A stretch of DNA of 64,000 nt from Squalus acanthias. Its lineage: Eukaryota. The stretch lies in assembly GCA_030390025.1 (NCBI GenBank), contig CM059431.1, positions 143,346,001 through 143,410,000 of the forward strand, read 5' to 3'. This document shows positions 38,420 through 50,663 of the stretch, piece by piece. The translations under genes were made by a program, and so were the position numbers. A model generated the notes under the pieces. The model searched no databases and was not told the origin of the DNA. It saw only the letters and a list, made by a program, of their open reading frames with translations. Positions within the stretch are counted from its first letter, which is position 1, and each line of letters begins with the position of its first letter.

Positions 38420-40500
38420 CTGGGGCCATCATTCCCAGGTAACACACTGTCTGATCTCACTGGGCCCATCCCCTCAGGGTTACACACTGTCTGATCTCAC
38501 TGGGCCCACCCTCCCCGGGTCACACACTGTCTGATCTCACTGGGCCCAGCCTCCCCGTGTTAAACACTGCTTGATCTCACTGGGACCATCCTCCCCTGGT
38601 GACACACTGTCTGATCTCACTGGGCCCATCACCAACGGGTTACACACTGTCTGATCTCACTGGAAGCATCCAGCCCTGGTTACATGAAGTCTGGTCTCAA
38701 TGGGCCCATCCTCCCCGGGTGACACACTGTCTGATTTCACTGGGCCCATCACCAACGGGTTACACACTGTCTGATCTCGCTGGAAGCATCCACCCCTGGT
38801 TACATGAAGTCTGGTCTCAATGGGCCCATCCTCCCTGGGTTACACACTGTCTGATCTCACTGGGCCTATTCTCCTCGGGTTACATCTCTCCGATATCAGT
38901 GGGCCCATCCTCCCCGGGTTACACACTGTCTGATCCCACTGGGCACATCCTCCCCGGGTTACACACTGCCTGACCTCACTGGACCAATCCCTCCCGGGAT
39001 AAACGCTGTCTGACCTCACTCGGCTTATCCTCCTCGGGTTCCACACTGTCTGATCTCACTGGGCCCATCGTCAAAGGGATACACACTGTTTGATCTCACT
39101 GGGCCCATCCTCCCCGGGTTACACACTGTCTGACCTCACTGGGCCCATCCTCGCCGGGTTACACACTGTCTGATCTCACTGGGCCCATCCTCCCCGAGTT
39201 ACACACTGTCTGATCTCACTGGGCCCATCCTCCCCGAGTTACACACTGTCTGATCTCACTAGGCCCATCCTCCCCGGGTTACACACTGTCTGATCTCACT
39301 GGGCCCATCCTCCCCGGGTTACACACTGTCTGATCTCACTGGGCCCATCCTCCCCGAGTTACACACTGTCTGATTTCACTGGGACGATCCTCCCCGGGTT
39401 ACACACTGTTTGATCTCAATGGGCCCATCCTCCCCGAGTTACTCACTGTCTGATTTCACTGGGCCCATCCTCCCCGGGCTACCCACGGTCTAATCTCACT
39501 GGACACATCCTCCTCGAGTTACACACTGTCTGATCTCACTGGGCCCATCCTCACCGAGTTACACACTGTCTGATCTCACTGGGACCATCCTCCCCGAGTT
39601 ACACACTCTCTGATCTCACTGGGTCCATCCTCTCCGGGTTACACACTGTCTGATCTCACTGGGCCCATCCTCCCCGGGTTTCACACTGTCTGATCTCACT
39701 GGGCCCATCCTTCCCGGGTTACACACTGTCTGATTTCACTGGGCCCATCCTCCCCGGGTTACACACTGTCTGATCTCACTGGGCCCATCCTCCCCGGGTT
39801 ACACACTGTCTGATCTCACTGGACCCATCCTCCCCGGGTTACACACTGTCTGATCTCACTGGGCCCATCCTCCCCGGGTTACACACTGTCTGATCTCACT
39901 GGGCCCATCCTCCCCGGGTTACACACTGTCTGATCTCACTGGACCCATCCTCCCCGGGTTATACACTGTCTGATCTCACTGGACCCATCCTCCCCGGGTT
40001 ACACACTGTCTGATCTCACTGGGCCCATCCTCCCCGGGTTACACACTGTCTGATCTCACTGGGCCCATCCTCGCCGGGTTACACACTGTCTGATCTCACT
40101 GGGCCCATCCTCCCCGGGTTACACACTGTCTGATCTCACTGGGCCCATCCTCCCCGGGTTATACACTGTCTGATCTCACTGGACCCATCCTCCCCGGGTT
40201 ACACACTGTCTGATCTCACTGGGCCCATCCTCCCCGGGTTACACACTGTCTGATCTCACTGGGCCCATCCTCCCCGGGTTACACACAGTCTGATCTCACT
40301 GGGCCCATCCTCCCCGGGTTACACACTGTCTGATCTCACTGGGCCCATCCTCCCCGGGTTACACACTGTCTGATCTCACTGTGCCCATCCTCCCTGGGTT
40401 ACACACTGTCTGATCTCACTGGGCCCATCCTCCCCGGGTTACACACTGTCTGATCTCACTGGGCCCATCCTCCCCGGGTAACATACCACCTGACGTCACT
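38420..40500. repeat. 40-bp minisatellite, about 50 copies
   Basis: Unit acacactgtctgatctcactgggcccatcctccccgggtt. Confidence 0.98.
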
Positions 40501-40689
40501 GGCTGTTGCATTCTATCTTGCACAACTCTCCAAACCCTCAGTTCCGAGGCTTTGTGTTTAATTTGGCATTTTTCCTCATAGTGAACGTCCGGCAGCCTTA
40601 GAGTTCAGCATTTTCCCTCACCAAGCCGGAAAAGCGCCTTTTTTTTCTACACTGCAGAAATTGTCCGATCTCTTTGGGCCCATCCTCCA

Positions 40690-41022
40690 TCCCTGGACCA
40701 TCCCCCGTATCAGGACAGGTTCAATACATTCCTTGTTGCTTTTGGCCCGGAGCATCTCGTGTATTTTGACCCGTTTCAGTCTATTCCCTGGGGTTAATAT
40801 CCCGGACCTTCCCCTGTATTATGGCTCGGCTCAGTACATTCCCTGGGGTTTATATTCCGGGCCATCTCCTGTATTTTGACCCGGTTCAGTCCATTCCCTG
40901 GGGTTTATATCCCCTACCTTCACCTGTATTATGGCTCGGTTCAGTCCATTCTCTGGGGTTTATATCCCGGACCTTCCCCTGTATTCTGCCCCGTTTCAAT
41001 ACATTTGCGTGGGATTTATATT
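40690..41022. repeat. Degenerate 55-bp minisatellite, about 6 copies
   Basis: cctgtatt recurs at 40813, 40868, 40923, 40978. Confidence 0.85.
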
Positions 41023-41259
41023 CCGAAGCAAACCTGCTACACTTTAAAGCCCCTCGCTGTGATCTAAACTCTGGGCTGAGCAGCCGCGCTGTCAGGCCGC
41101 GTGCTGAATGGAGCTGAGTTCCCTCAGTCACAGAGCGCGGCCCCTGTAACCCGGGCAACCATCCTGTTTCTTACCGTCACTCACACAGCAAACCCCGCCC
41201 ACTGGACTTCCACGCATTAACGGCTGCGACTCCCCTGTATCCCGGAGAACGATCCAGCT

Positions 41260-41400
41260 CCTTACCGTCTCTCACTGATCCCCGCGCGCCGCCCGACACA
41301 AGAGGCAAAATGACCCGTGACTGGGAATCCCCGGAATAACGGCAGGGAACAAGACTGCGCCTGCGTGGCAGCAAGACTGCGCCTGCGCAACAGAGCCAGG
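41260..41400 (-). promoter_or_regulatory. Candidate promoter and non-coding first exon of NLR paralog 1
   Basis: CpG-rich patch; kB-type site GGGAATCCCC at 41323-41332; two AAGACTGCGCCTGCG NRF1-like motifs at 41351-41389; minus-strand donor ACG|gtaagg at 41266/41265. Confidence 0.5.
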
Positions 41401-41743
41401 CTACACTGCCTGCTCTCATGTAATTTATTGGCGGAACAGGATAGAGGGCCTGAATGGACTCCACTTGTACCTATTTGTCGATGGTCTTGTATTGTCCGAT
41501 AGTACTCGCATGTGTTCATTATTTGTAATCAATATTAAAAGTCTATCACATAAAGGCTCTCTCTAAACAGTTGTAAGATGAATAAACGTGCCTCATGTAA
41601 TTAGAACTAGCAGATCCACTGCCATTTGGAATGAGTGAAAGATTTCACTAGAACTTTGATGTCTGAGGTGTAACAGGAAATGAATGTGACAGGAGATTAA
41701 ATGGGCCAAAGGTAAATCTGAATCTTACAGAAGGTGTGCTTTG

Positions 41744-42718
41744 CATAAGATCATAAGAACATAAGAAACAGGAGCAGTTGCAGGCCAATCGGCCTCTCGA
41801 GCCTGCTCCGCCATTTAATAAGATCATGGCTGATCTAATCTTGGCCTCGACACCACTTTCTCGCTCTCTCCACAGACCCCTTGAACCCCTTGAAGTTCAA
41901 ATATCTGTCAATCTACGCCTTGAATATATTCAATAACTCCACCTTCACAGCTATCCGGGGTAGAAAATTCCAAAGATTCACGATCCTCTGAGAGAAGAAA
42001 TTCATCCTCAACTCCGTCTTAAATGGACGACCCCTTATTCTGAAACTATGCCCCCTAGTTCCAGATTCCCCCACTAGGTGAAACATCCTCCCATCATCCA
42101 TCCTTTCATTCCCCTCAGAATCTTATATGTTTTAATAAGATCACCTCGCATTCTTCTAAACTCCAATGGGTATGGGGCCAACCTGCTCAACCTTTCGACA
42201 TATGTCAACCCCTTCATTCCAGGAATCAACCTAGTGAACTTTCTCTGCACTGCCTCCAAGTCAAATATATCCTTCCTTAAATATGGAAACTAAAACTGTA
42301 TGCAGTACTCCAGGTGCGGTCTCACCAGCGCTCTGTAAAGTTGCATCATAATTTCCCTACTTTTATATTCCATACCCTTTGCAATAAAGGCCAACATACC
42401 ATTAGCCTTCCTAATTACTCGCTGTACCTGCATGCTAAGTTTTTGTGTTTCATATACTAGGAGCCCCAGATCCCTTTGTACAGCAGCATTTTATAGTCTC
42501 ACTCCATTAAATAATAATTTGCTTTTTCATTCTTCCTTCAAAAGTGGATAACTTGACATTTTCCCACATTATACTCCATCTGCCAAATTTTGCTCACTCT
42601 CTTAACCTATCTATGTCCATTTGCAGACTCTTTTGTGTCCTCCTCACAACTTCCTAACCCACCTATCTTTGTATCATCAGCAAATTTGGCTACAGTACAC
42701 TCGGTCTCTTCATTCAAG
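41744..42718 (-). mobile_element. CR1 3' fragment
   Basis: Tail cataagaacataag; RT C-terminus; empty site near 47345 in the duplicated block. Confidence 0.92.
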
Positions 42719-43893
42719 TTTACAAACAAGAATTAATTCATTACTGGTGAATCACGATGGCATTGCTCAAACTCCAACTGATGAACTGGAATATCTTTTC
42801 ACTGCGTCTGTAGGAGGAGGCCAGAACGACAGGCGGACATGTTCAAATGTTGGAACATGTGCGAACACCTGGAGCAATGTTCTCTTTTCTAAAAGGGGTT
42901 GAAGCAGGCTTTATCAATATAAGAAGCATTATTAAACCATGGCAAGAGGAAGTATTACGCATTATGTGTATCCATATAACCTACTGCTCCTAAACATCAG
43001 CTTTATAATCTTATTTTAATGTTGTGGCTATTGTATTAAAATTATACAGAAGATGTCCCTGCTCCTGGACTGCCGACTGCACAGACAGGAGTTTACACTG
43101 AATGTTTCACTATCTTTCGGATATAAATTGGAGCCAAGGCCTCTTGTACTGAAATCTGACAGATTGTTACCCTGGCAATAGAGGAATTCACTCAGCAAAA
43201 ATAACTGAACATGGAAGTAACAAAACCAGCATCACATGTTTGGAGTTTAGTTCAGAAAATTAACCCTGAACATTCAGCCAGTTTTTTCTAAGTATGAAGC
43301 TGCGATTCCAATTACGGATTTTTACACCACCAGACCTGACACTGCGGGTTTACTGAATCCACCGTCAGTTTCAGATGTACAGAACATTAAGCAGCGCCGC
43401 ATCTACAGAAATATATCAATAAAATAGTCACATTGTTACAAATAGACCCCGTCACCTCTGAAACTCGAATTGTCATAAACCATCTAAATATGTTACTGGT
43501 AACAGTGACCATTTAAATTGCTGCTAAAATACTGAATTCGATGGCACAACATTTGACAGTCACCTTCTTTACACATCGGAATGTTGTAACATTTGAATAT
43601 ACACGTCATTTCATGAAACTCCAGTTCCTGTTTAAAGAACTGAAACATCTTGTTTTACTTCCTGTTAAAATAAGATCCCCACAATAATCGCGAGACTCTG
43701 TTGAAAGAGCAGGGAAATAAATCTAGAAAGTATGGAGACAAACACCGCTCTCAGTTTAATAACAAGAACCCTCGGCCGAGGCAGTGAGCTGTATCAGGAG
43801 AACACCGAGACCGCGTGTCTCCGGGTCATTAGTCCAGGCCTCTGGATTACTAGGACAGTAACATAACCACTGTGCTACCGGACCTCTAATAAT

Positions 43894-44634
43894 GGCCCAG
43901 AAATTGATCTCGCTCTGTTCCCGCGGGGGTAAGGAGCAGGCGCGATCTCTCACTCCGCGTTGGCTTTTTCAGATCCAGCTCGCACGAACTTGATGTTCTA
44001 GACATCAGCTGGGCAGTGCTTGCGTATCCCACAGGCGTAGTGAATTTGTGCGAGCTGTGGGATCACGTGACTCAGTTAGAGCCAATGGCAGCACACCATC
44101 TTCCATTCATAAGTTTCACATACGTGCTGTGAAAGCTCTGAATCTTACACACCCCCAAAATAACAGCGAAACCTCAATTAAATTTAAAAAAAACCATCAC
44201 ATTAATAAAATAAGTATAGTTAAATAAATTAACCATTTTAAATAAAAAATTAAATTTTTGAAAAATTTGAAATCTTTTAAAAAGTTATAAAAATAAACTT
44301 ACCTGTCTTTAAAGTCTCTAAAAAAGATATACCTGTTAAGAAAAATTCAAAATAATACTTAATTCACTACTTACCTTGTAAAAAGTGGGTCTTACTCCTC
44401 CTTTTTTCGTTTCTAAAATCTTCCGTCCTTACCTGCGCGTACAAAGCACTAAGTGCACAGCGTGCGCGCAGCCTGTAGCGCGCACGCAGTGCACCGAGGA
44501 ACCGCCCCCTTTTCCAAAGACCAAGTGCCGGTTTTCAGCGCATGCGCAGTGCATGCAGAAAACCGGCAATTGGAGAGAGAATACGCGAGAGTACGCAGTG
44601 CGTACTCTCGCGCAGCGGGATCAATTTTTGGCCC
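43894..44634. mobile_element. MITE with about 21-bp imperfect TIRs (Harbinger-type)
   Basis: Left ggcccagaaattgatctcgct, right reverse complement gggccaaaaattgatcccgct; AT-rich centre; flanks aat/act. Confidence 0.7.
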
Positions 44635-44836
44635 ACTGTCATTATGGGCGGGAGATTGGATTCTGTGGTCCTGGCTGTGCAGCACCCGAACCCCCGCACA
44701 TCTGGAGCTGGCGCTAATCGCCAGGTGTAACCTGAGATCAGTGAATTTCAATCAATTCCCTGTGCTCCAAGGACTGGTACATGGCGACCTGGGAGCTACT
44801 CGGCGGGCGGGATCCTCAATACCCAGGCCAGACACT

Positions 44837-45840
44837 GGGGGGGGGGAATTTTTCGGGGAGTCACCGGGCGCGTTTGGTGACGGGTCGGGTGGGGTTTTTT
44901 TGTCAACCTGCCTTTCAACACTGAACACAACCGACACGCAGCGGCGGTGGAGGCAATTTAGGTCATTATGACCTTGTTAAGAGCCACTTAAATATAATTT
45001 TGAGCTCAACTTCAGAGTTTACCCGGTAGCCCACTGGGTCCACGCTGCTCGGGGATCACGTCAGGCAAGCAGGGCGGGAGTTGAATGGTCATGGTATCAT
45101 CTCATTAATTGACAGCTGGAAATGTGCTGTAACAGCTCCCACCTCACAGCTGTTCACTTTCAAAGCTCAGAGGCTGTTGCTTACTGCATTTGAAAGACAG
45201 ATTGAGCTTTATGCAGTTTGTAAGTTTTTGAAGTAAACTCTCTATCCATTGTCAACTCACTGGAACAACGGCTTTCGGAACTCACCATTGACAGATCACT
45301 TCTGTCATCTCAACTTCACCTACCATTTATTACATCAGCATCGGTGTAATCGATGCTATCTGAACTTGGTCCTCAGAATCCCAACAAGATCAGCCCCAGC
45401 TCCAGCAGCACCAGGCGCACCACCAGCACCAACAACAATATAAAACTTCTCCGCAATCAACAGATGCTGCACAGGACACAGAGCATCAGCACCCGACCAC
45501 ACTGCTGACCGGGACACCAGAGATGACCTCAACATGGCTAGATTTACTTCAGTTGACGCAGCACACCCTGGCTGCCACATGATGCGCCAGGTTGGCACCA
45601 GGCCATATCAATACCATAAAGCATCCCTACAATGCCCAAGCTATTCCTTTCACACTCATCAGCATTGCGGGGGGTACCGTTATGTCCCACCATTCACTAA
45701 TCCACTTCCAAAGGTGCGCACAAATCTGTCCATGAATGGAAAGTGTCGAAAATAAAGATTTCAATGTTTGACAGACATTAACAGAAACTTCGTATGAACG
45801 TTAGCTAAAACACACAAGTGCCTACGGATGCGTGTTGCCG
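44837..45840. mobile_element. Harbinger-like remnant (inverted relative of 11724-13411), truncated by a CR1
   Basis: Reverse-complement similarity to 12390-13410 and 60190-61177; start also duplicated at about 52519-52770. Confidence 0.7.
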
Positions 45841-45846
45841 TAAAAA

Positions 45847-47012
45847 CATAAGAAAATAAGAAATAGGAGCAGGATTAGGCTAATTGGCATTTCGAGCCTG
45901 CTCCGCTATTCAATGAGATCATGGCTGATCTTCTACCTCATCTCCAATTTCCCGCACTATATCCATATCCCTTGATTCCCTTAATATTCAAATATCTATC
46001 GATCTATCTCTTGAATATACTCAACGATGAGTCTCAACGTCCCTCTGGGGTAGAGATTTCCAAAAATTCACCACCTTCTGAGTGAAGAAATTTCTCCTAA
46101 TCTCAGTCCTAATTAGCCGACCCCTTATTCTGAGACTGTGACCCCTGGTTCTAGCCTCCAACAGCCAGGGGAAACATCCTCCCTGCATCTATCCTGTCAA
46201 ATCCTGTAAGAATTTTGCATGTTTCAATTGGATCACCTCTCATTCTTCTAAACTCTAGAGAATATAGTCCTAGTCTACTCAATCTATCCTCACAGGACAA
46301 TGTCCCATCCCAGTAATGAGTCTGGTGAACCTTCATTGCACTCCCTCTGTGGCAAGTATATCCTTCCTTAGGTAAGGAGGCCAAAACTGTAACAATATTT
46401 CAGGTGTGGTATCGCCAGGGCCCTACATAATTGCCGTAAGACGTCTTTAATCATACCCGAATCCTCTTGTAATAAAGGCCAACATATCATTTACTTTCCT
46501 AATTGCTTGCTGTACCTGCATGTTAACTTTCAGTGATTCGTGTACAGGGACACACAGGTCCCTCTGAACACAAACATTTAGCAATCTCTCACCATTTAAA
46601 AAATACACTGCTTTTCTATTTTTCCTACCAAAGTGGATAACTTCACATTTCGCCGCATTATGTTACATTTGCCGTGTCCTTGCCCAGTCACTTAGCCAGT
46701 CTATATCCCCTTGAGGCCTCCTTGCATCCTCCTCACAACTTACATTCCCAGTCTGTCTATATCATCAGCAAATTTGGAGATATTACATCTGATCCCCTCA
46801 TTCCAATCATTGATGTAGATTGTGAATAGCTGAGGCCCAAGCACTGATCCTTGCGGTACCCCACTAGTTACAGCCTGCCAACCCGAAAATGACACGTTTA
46901 TTCAAATCTCTGTTTTCTGTCCATTAACCAATCCACAATCCATGCTGGTATATTACCCCCAATCCAATGAGCCCTAATTTTGTTTAATAAACTCTATGTG
47001 GCACCATATAGA
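45847..47012 (-). mobile_element. CR1 3' fragment
   Basis: Tail and RT remnants (RLGLYSLEFRRMRGD). Confidence 0.9.
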
Positions 47013-47882
47013 ATGCCAGTTCTCACCTAAGTTATTGGCGGAATAGGATTGAGGGACTGAATGTCCTCCAATTTTTCCTATCTGTCTATGGTCTTGTATT
47101 TTCCGATATTTCTATCGTGTGTTAAGTATCTGGAAACAATATTAACAATCTATCACATAATCGCTCTCTCTAAACAGTTGTAAGATGAATAAACCTTTGT
47201 CACATAATTAGAACTAGCAGATACACTGCCATTTGGAACGAGTGAAAGGATTCACTAGAACTTTGATGTCTGAGGTGTAACAGGAAATTAATGTGACAGG
47301 TGATTAGTTGGGCCAACAGTAAATGTGAATCTTACAGGAAGTATGCTTTACAAACAAGAATTAATTCATTACTGGTGAATCTCTATGGCATTGTTCAAAC
47401 TCAAACTGATGAACGGGAATGTCTTTTCACTGCGTCTGTAGGAAGAGGCCAGAACGGCAGGCGAACATGTGCAAATGTTGGAACATGTACGAACACATGG
47501 AGCAATATTCTCTTTTCAAAAAGTGCTTGAAACAGGCTTTATCAATATAAGAAGCATTATTAAACCATAGCAAGAGGAAGTATTACGAATTATGTGTATT
47601 TATATAACCTACTGCTCCTACACAACAGCTTTATACTCTTATTTTAATATTGTGGCCATTGTATTAAAACTGTTCAGAGATCTCCCTACTGCTGGACTGC
47701 CGACTACACAGACAGGAGTTTACACTGAATGTTTCACGGTCTTGCAGATATAAATTTTAGCCAAGGCCTCTTGTATTGAGATCTGACAGTTTGTTACCCT
47801 GGCAATAGAGGAAATCACTCACTGAATATAACTGTGAGAAGTCGCACAACACCAGGTTATAGTCCAACAGATTTATTTAATT

Positions 47883-47920
47883 TTACAAGCTTTCGGAGCT
47901 GTCGCTCCTTCGTCAGGTAA
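47883..47920 (-). ncRNA. Minimal type-I hammerhead ribozyme motif (Penelope family A, inverted arm)
   Basis: Exact reverse complement of 49922-49959. Confidence 0.72.
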
Positions 47921-49921
47921 GTTAGCAATGAGAGAATCTCCCAGAATTCACAATTTAAACCCAGACAAAATCTATTCACATTATTCGCTGCAACAAAGAG
48001 CACAGCCAAGACAATGAGATGTGTCCCAGGGGGTCCAACGTGTCAAACCACCTGCTGGCTGCATATCCTGTCAATTTGTGTTCTTGTGTTAGCCTTTTTA
48101 AAAAAAAAACCAAAATAAACACCTGGGAAGACCGGCCATGATGTCAAGTCACGTTCTGTATCGTGACATGAACCCGATATCGCGATTGAGGCCATCCTCA
48201 TGAGTGCGGAACTTGGCTATCAGTTTCTGCTCTATGATTTTGCGCTGTCGTGTATCTCGAAGGCCGCCTTGGAGAACGCTTACCCGCAGATCCGAGGCTG
48301 AATGCCCCTGGCTGCTGAAGTGTTCCCCGACTGGGAGGCAACCCTCCTGCCTGGCGATTGTTGCGCGGTGTCCGTTCATACGTTGTCTCAGTGTCTGCAT
48401 GGTCTCGCCGATGTACCATGCTCCGGAGCATCCTTTACTGCAACGTATCAGGTAGACAACGTTGGCCGAGTCACATGAGTATGTACCGTGTACCTGGTGG
48501 GTAGTGTCCTCACGTGTAATGATGGTATCTGTGTCCATGATTTGGCATGTCTTGCAGAGGTTGCCGTGGCAGGGTTGTGTGGTGTCTTGGTTGCTGTTCT
48601 CCTGAAAGATGGGTAATCTGCTGCGAACGATGGAACTTTTGAGGTTAGGCGGCTGCTTGAAGGCGAGTAGTGGAGGCGTGGGGATGGCCTTAGCAAGGTG
48701 TTCGTTGTCATCGATGACATGTTGAAGGCTGCGAAGAACATGGCGTAGTTTTTCCGCTCCGGGGAAGTACTGGACGACGTAGGGTACTCTGTTGGTTGTG
48801 TCCCGTGTTCGTCTTCTGAGGAGGTCTATGCGGTTTTTCGCTGTGGCCCGTCGGAACTGTCGATCGACGAGTCGAGCGTCATATCCCGTTCTTACGAGAG
48901 CGTCTTTCAGTGTCCGTAGGTGTCCATCGCGTTCCTCCTCGTCTGAGCAGATCCTGTGTATTCACAGGGCTTGTCCATAGGGGATGGCTTCTTTAACGTG
49001 GTTAGGGTGGAAGCTGGAGAAGTGGAGCATCATGAGGTTGTCCGTGTGGAGAAGTGGAGCATCGTGAGGTTGTCCGTGGTCATCATGTTCTTCGCAGCCT
49101 TCAACATGTCATCGATGACGACGAACACCTTGCTAAGGCCATCCCCACGCCTCCACTACTCGCCTTCAAGCAGCCGCCTAACCTCAAAAGTACCATCGTT
49201 CGCAGCAGATTACCCATCTTTCAGGAGAACAGCAACCAAGACACCACACAACCCTGCCACGGCAACCTCTGCAAGACATGCCAAATCATGGACACAGATA
49301 CCATCATCACACGTGAGGACACTACCCACCAGGTACACGGTACATACTCATGTGACTCGGCCAACGTTGTCTACCTGATACGTTGCAGTAAAGGATGCTC
49401 CGGAGCATGGTACATCGGCGAGACCATGCAGACACTGAGACAACGTATGAACGGACACCGCACAACAATCGCCAGGCAGGAGGGTTGCCTCCCAGTCGGG
49501 GAACACTTCAGCAGCCAGGGGCATTCAGCCTCGGATCTGCGGGTAAGCGTTCTCCAAGGCGGCCTTCGAGATACACGACAGCGCAAAATCATAGAGCAGA
49601 AACTGATAGCCAAGTTCCGCACTCATGAGGATGGCCTCAATCGCGATATCGGGTTCATGTCACGATACAGAACGTGACTTGACATCATGGCCGGTCTTCC
49701 CAGGTGTTTTTTTTGGTTTTTTTTTTTTTTGGTTTTTTTTTTAAAAAGGCTAACACAAGAACACAAATTGACAGGATATGCAGCCAGCAGGTGGTTTGAC
49801 ACGTTGGACCCCCTGGGACACATCTCATTGTCTTGGCTGTGCTCTTTGTTGTAGCGAATAATGTGAATAGATTTTGTCTGGGTTTAAATTGTGAATTCTG
49901 GGAGATTCTCTCATTGCTAAC

Positions 49922-49959
49922 TTACCTGACGAAGGAGCGACAGCTCCGAAAGCTTGTAA
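49922..49959 (+). ncRNA. Minimal type-I hammerhead ribozyme motif (Penelope family A)
   Basis: ttac-CTGACGA-a-ggagc[gaca]gctcc-GAAA-gctt-gtaa. Confidence 0.72.
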
Positions 49960-50663
49960 AATTAAATAAATCTGTTGGACTATAACCTGGTGTTGTGCGA
50001 CTTCTCATTTTTGTCCACCCCAGTCCAACGCCGGCATCTCCACATCATGAATATAACTGAACACAGAAGTAACAAAACCAACATCACATGTTTGGAGTTT
50101 AGTTCAGAACATTAACCCTGAACATTCAGCTAGTTTTTGTAACCATGATGCTGCGATTCCAATAACGGATTTTTACACCACCAGGCCTGACATTGCGGGC
50201 TTACTGAATCCACCGTCAGTTCCAGCTGTACAGAACATTAAGCAGCGCCGCATCTACAGAAATACTCGATAAAATAGTCATATTGTTCGAAATAGACCCC
50301 ATCAACTCTGAAAATCTAATTGTCATAAACTATCTAAATCTGTTACTGTTAACAGTGACCATTTAAATTGCTGCTAAAATAATGAATTCGATGGCACAAC
50401 ATTTGACAGTCACCTTCTTTACACATCGGAATGTTCTGACATTTGAATATACACGTCATTTCATGAAACTCCAGTTCCTGTTTAAAGGACTGAAACATCT
50501 TGCTTTACTTCCTGTTAAAATAAGATCCCCACAATAATCGCGTGACTGTGTTGCAAGAGCAGGGAAATCTATCTAAAATGTATGGGGCAAACAGCGCTCT
50601 TAGTTTAAAAACAAGAATCCTCGGCCGACGCAGGGAGCCGGATCAGGAGACCACCGAGAACGC

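Larger units (their letters stand above)
47835..50047. mobile_element. Penelope family A insertion with inverted duplication (minus-strand copy 47835-~49050, plus-strand copy 49084-50047)
   Basis: Two GIY-YIG ORFs (48149-48538 minus, 49054-49677 plus); 12-bp TSD TGAATATAACTG at 47823-47834 and 50048-50059; empty site near 43195-43207. Confidence 0.93.

Noticed and set aside
38420..40500. CRISPR-like regular repeat array
   Set aside because: Units are contiguous with no unique spacers, there are no cas genes, and the context is eukaryotic.
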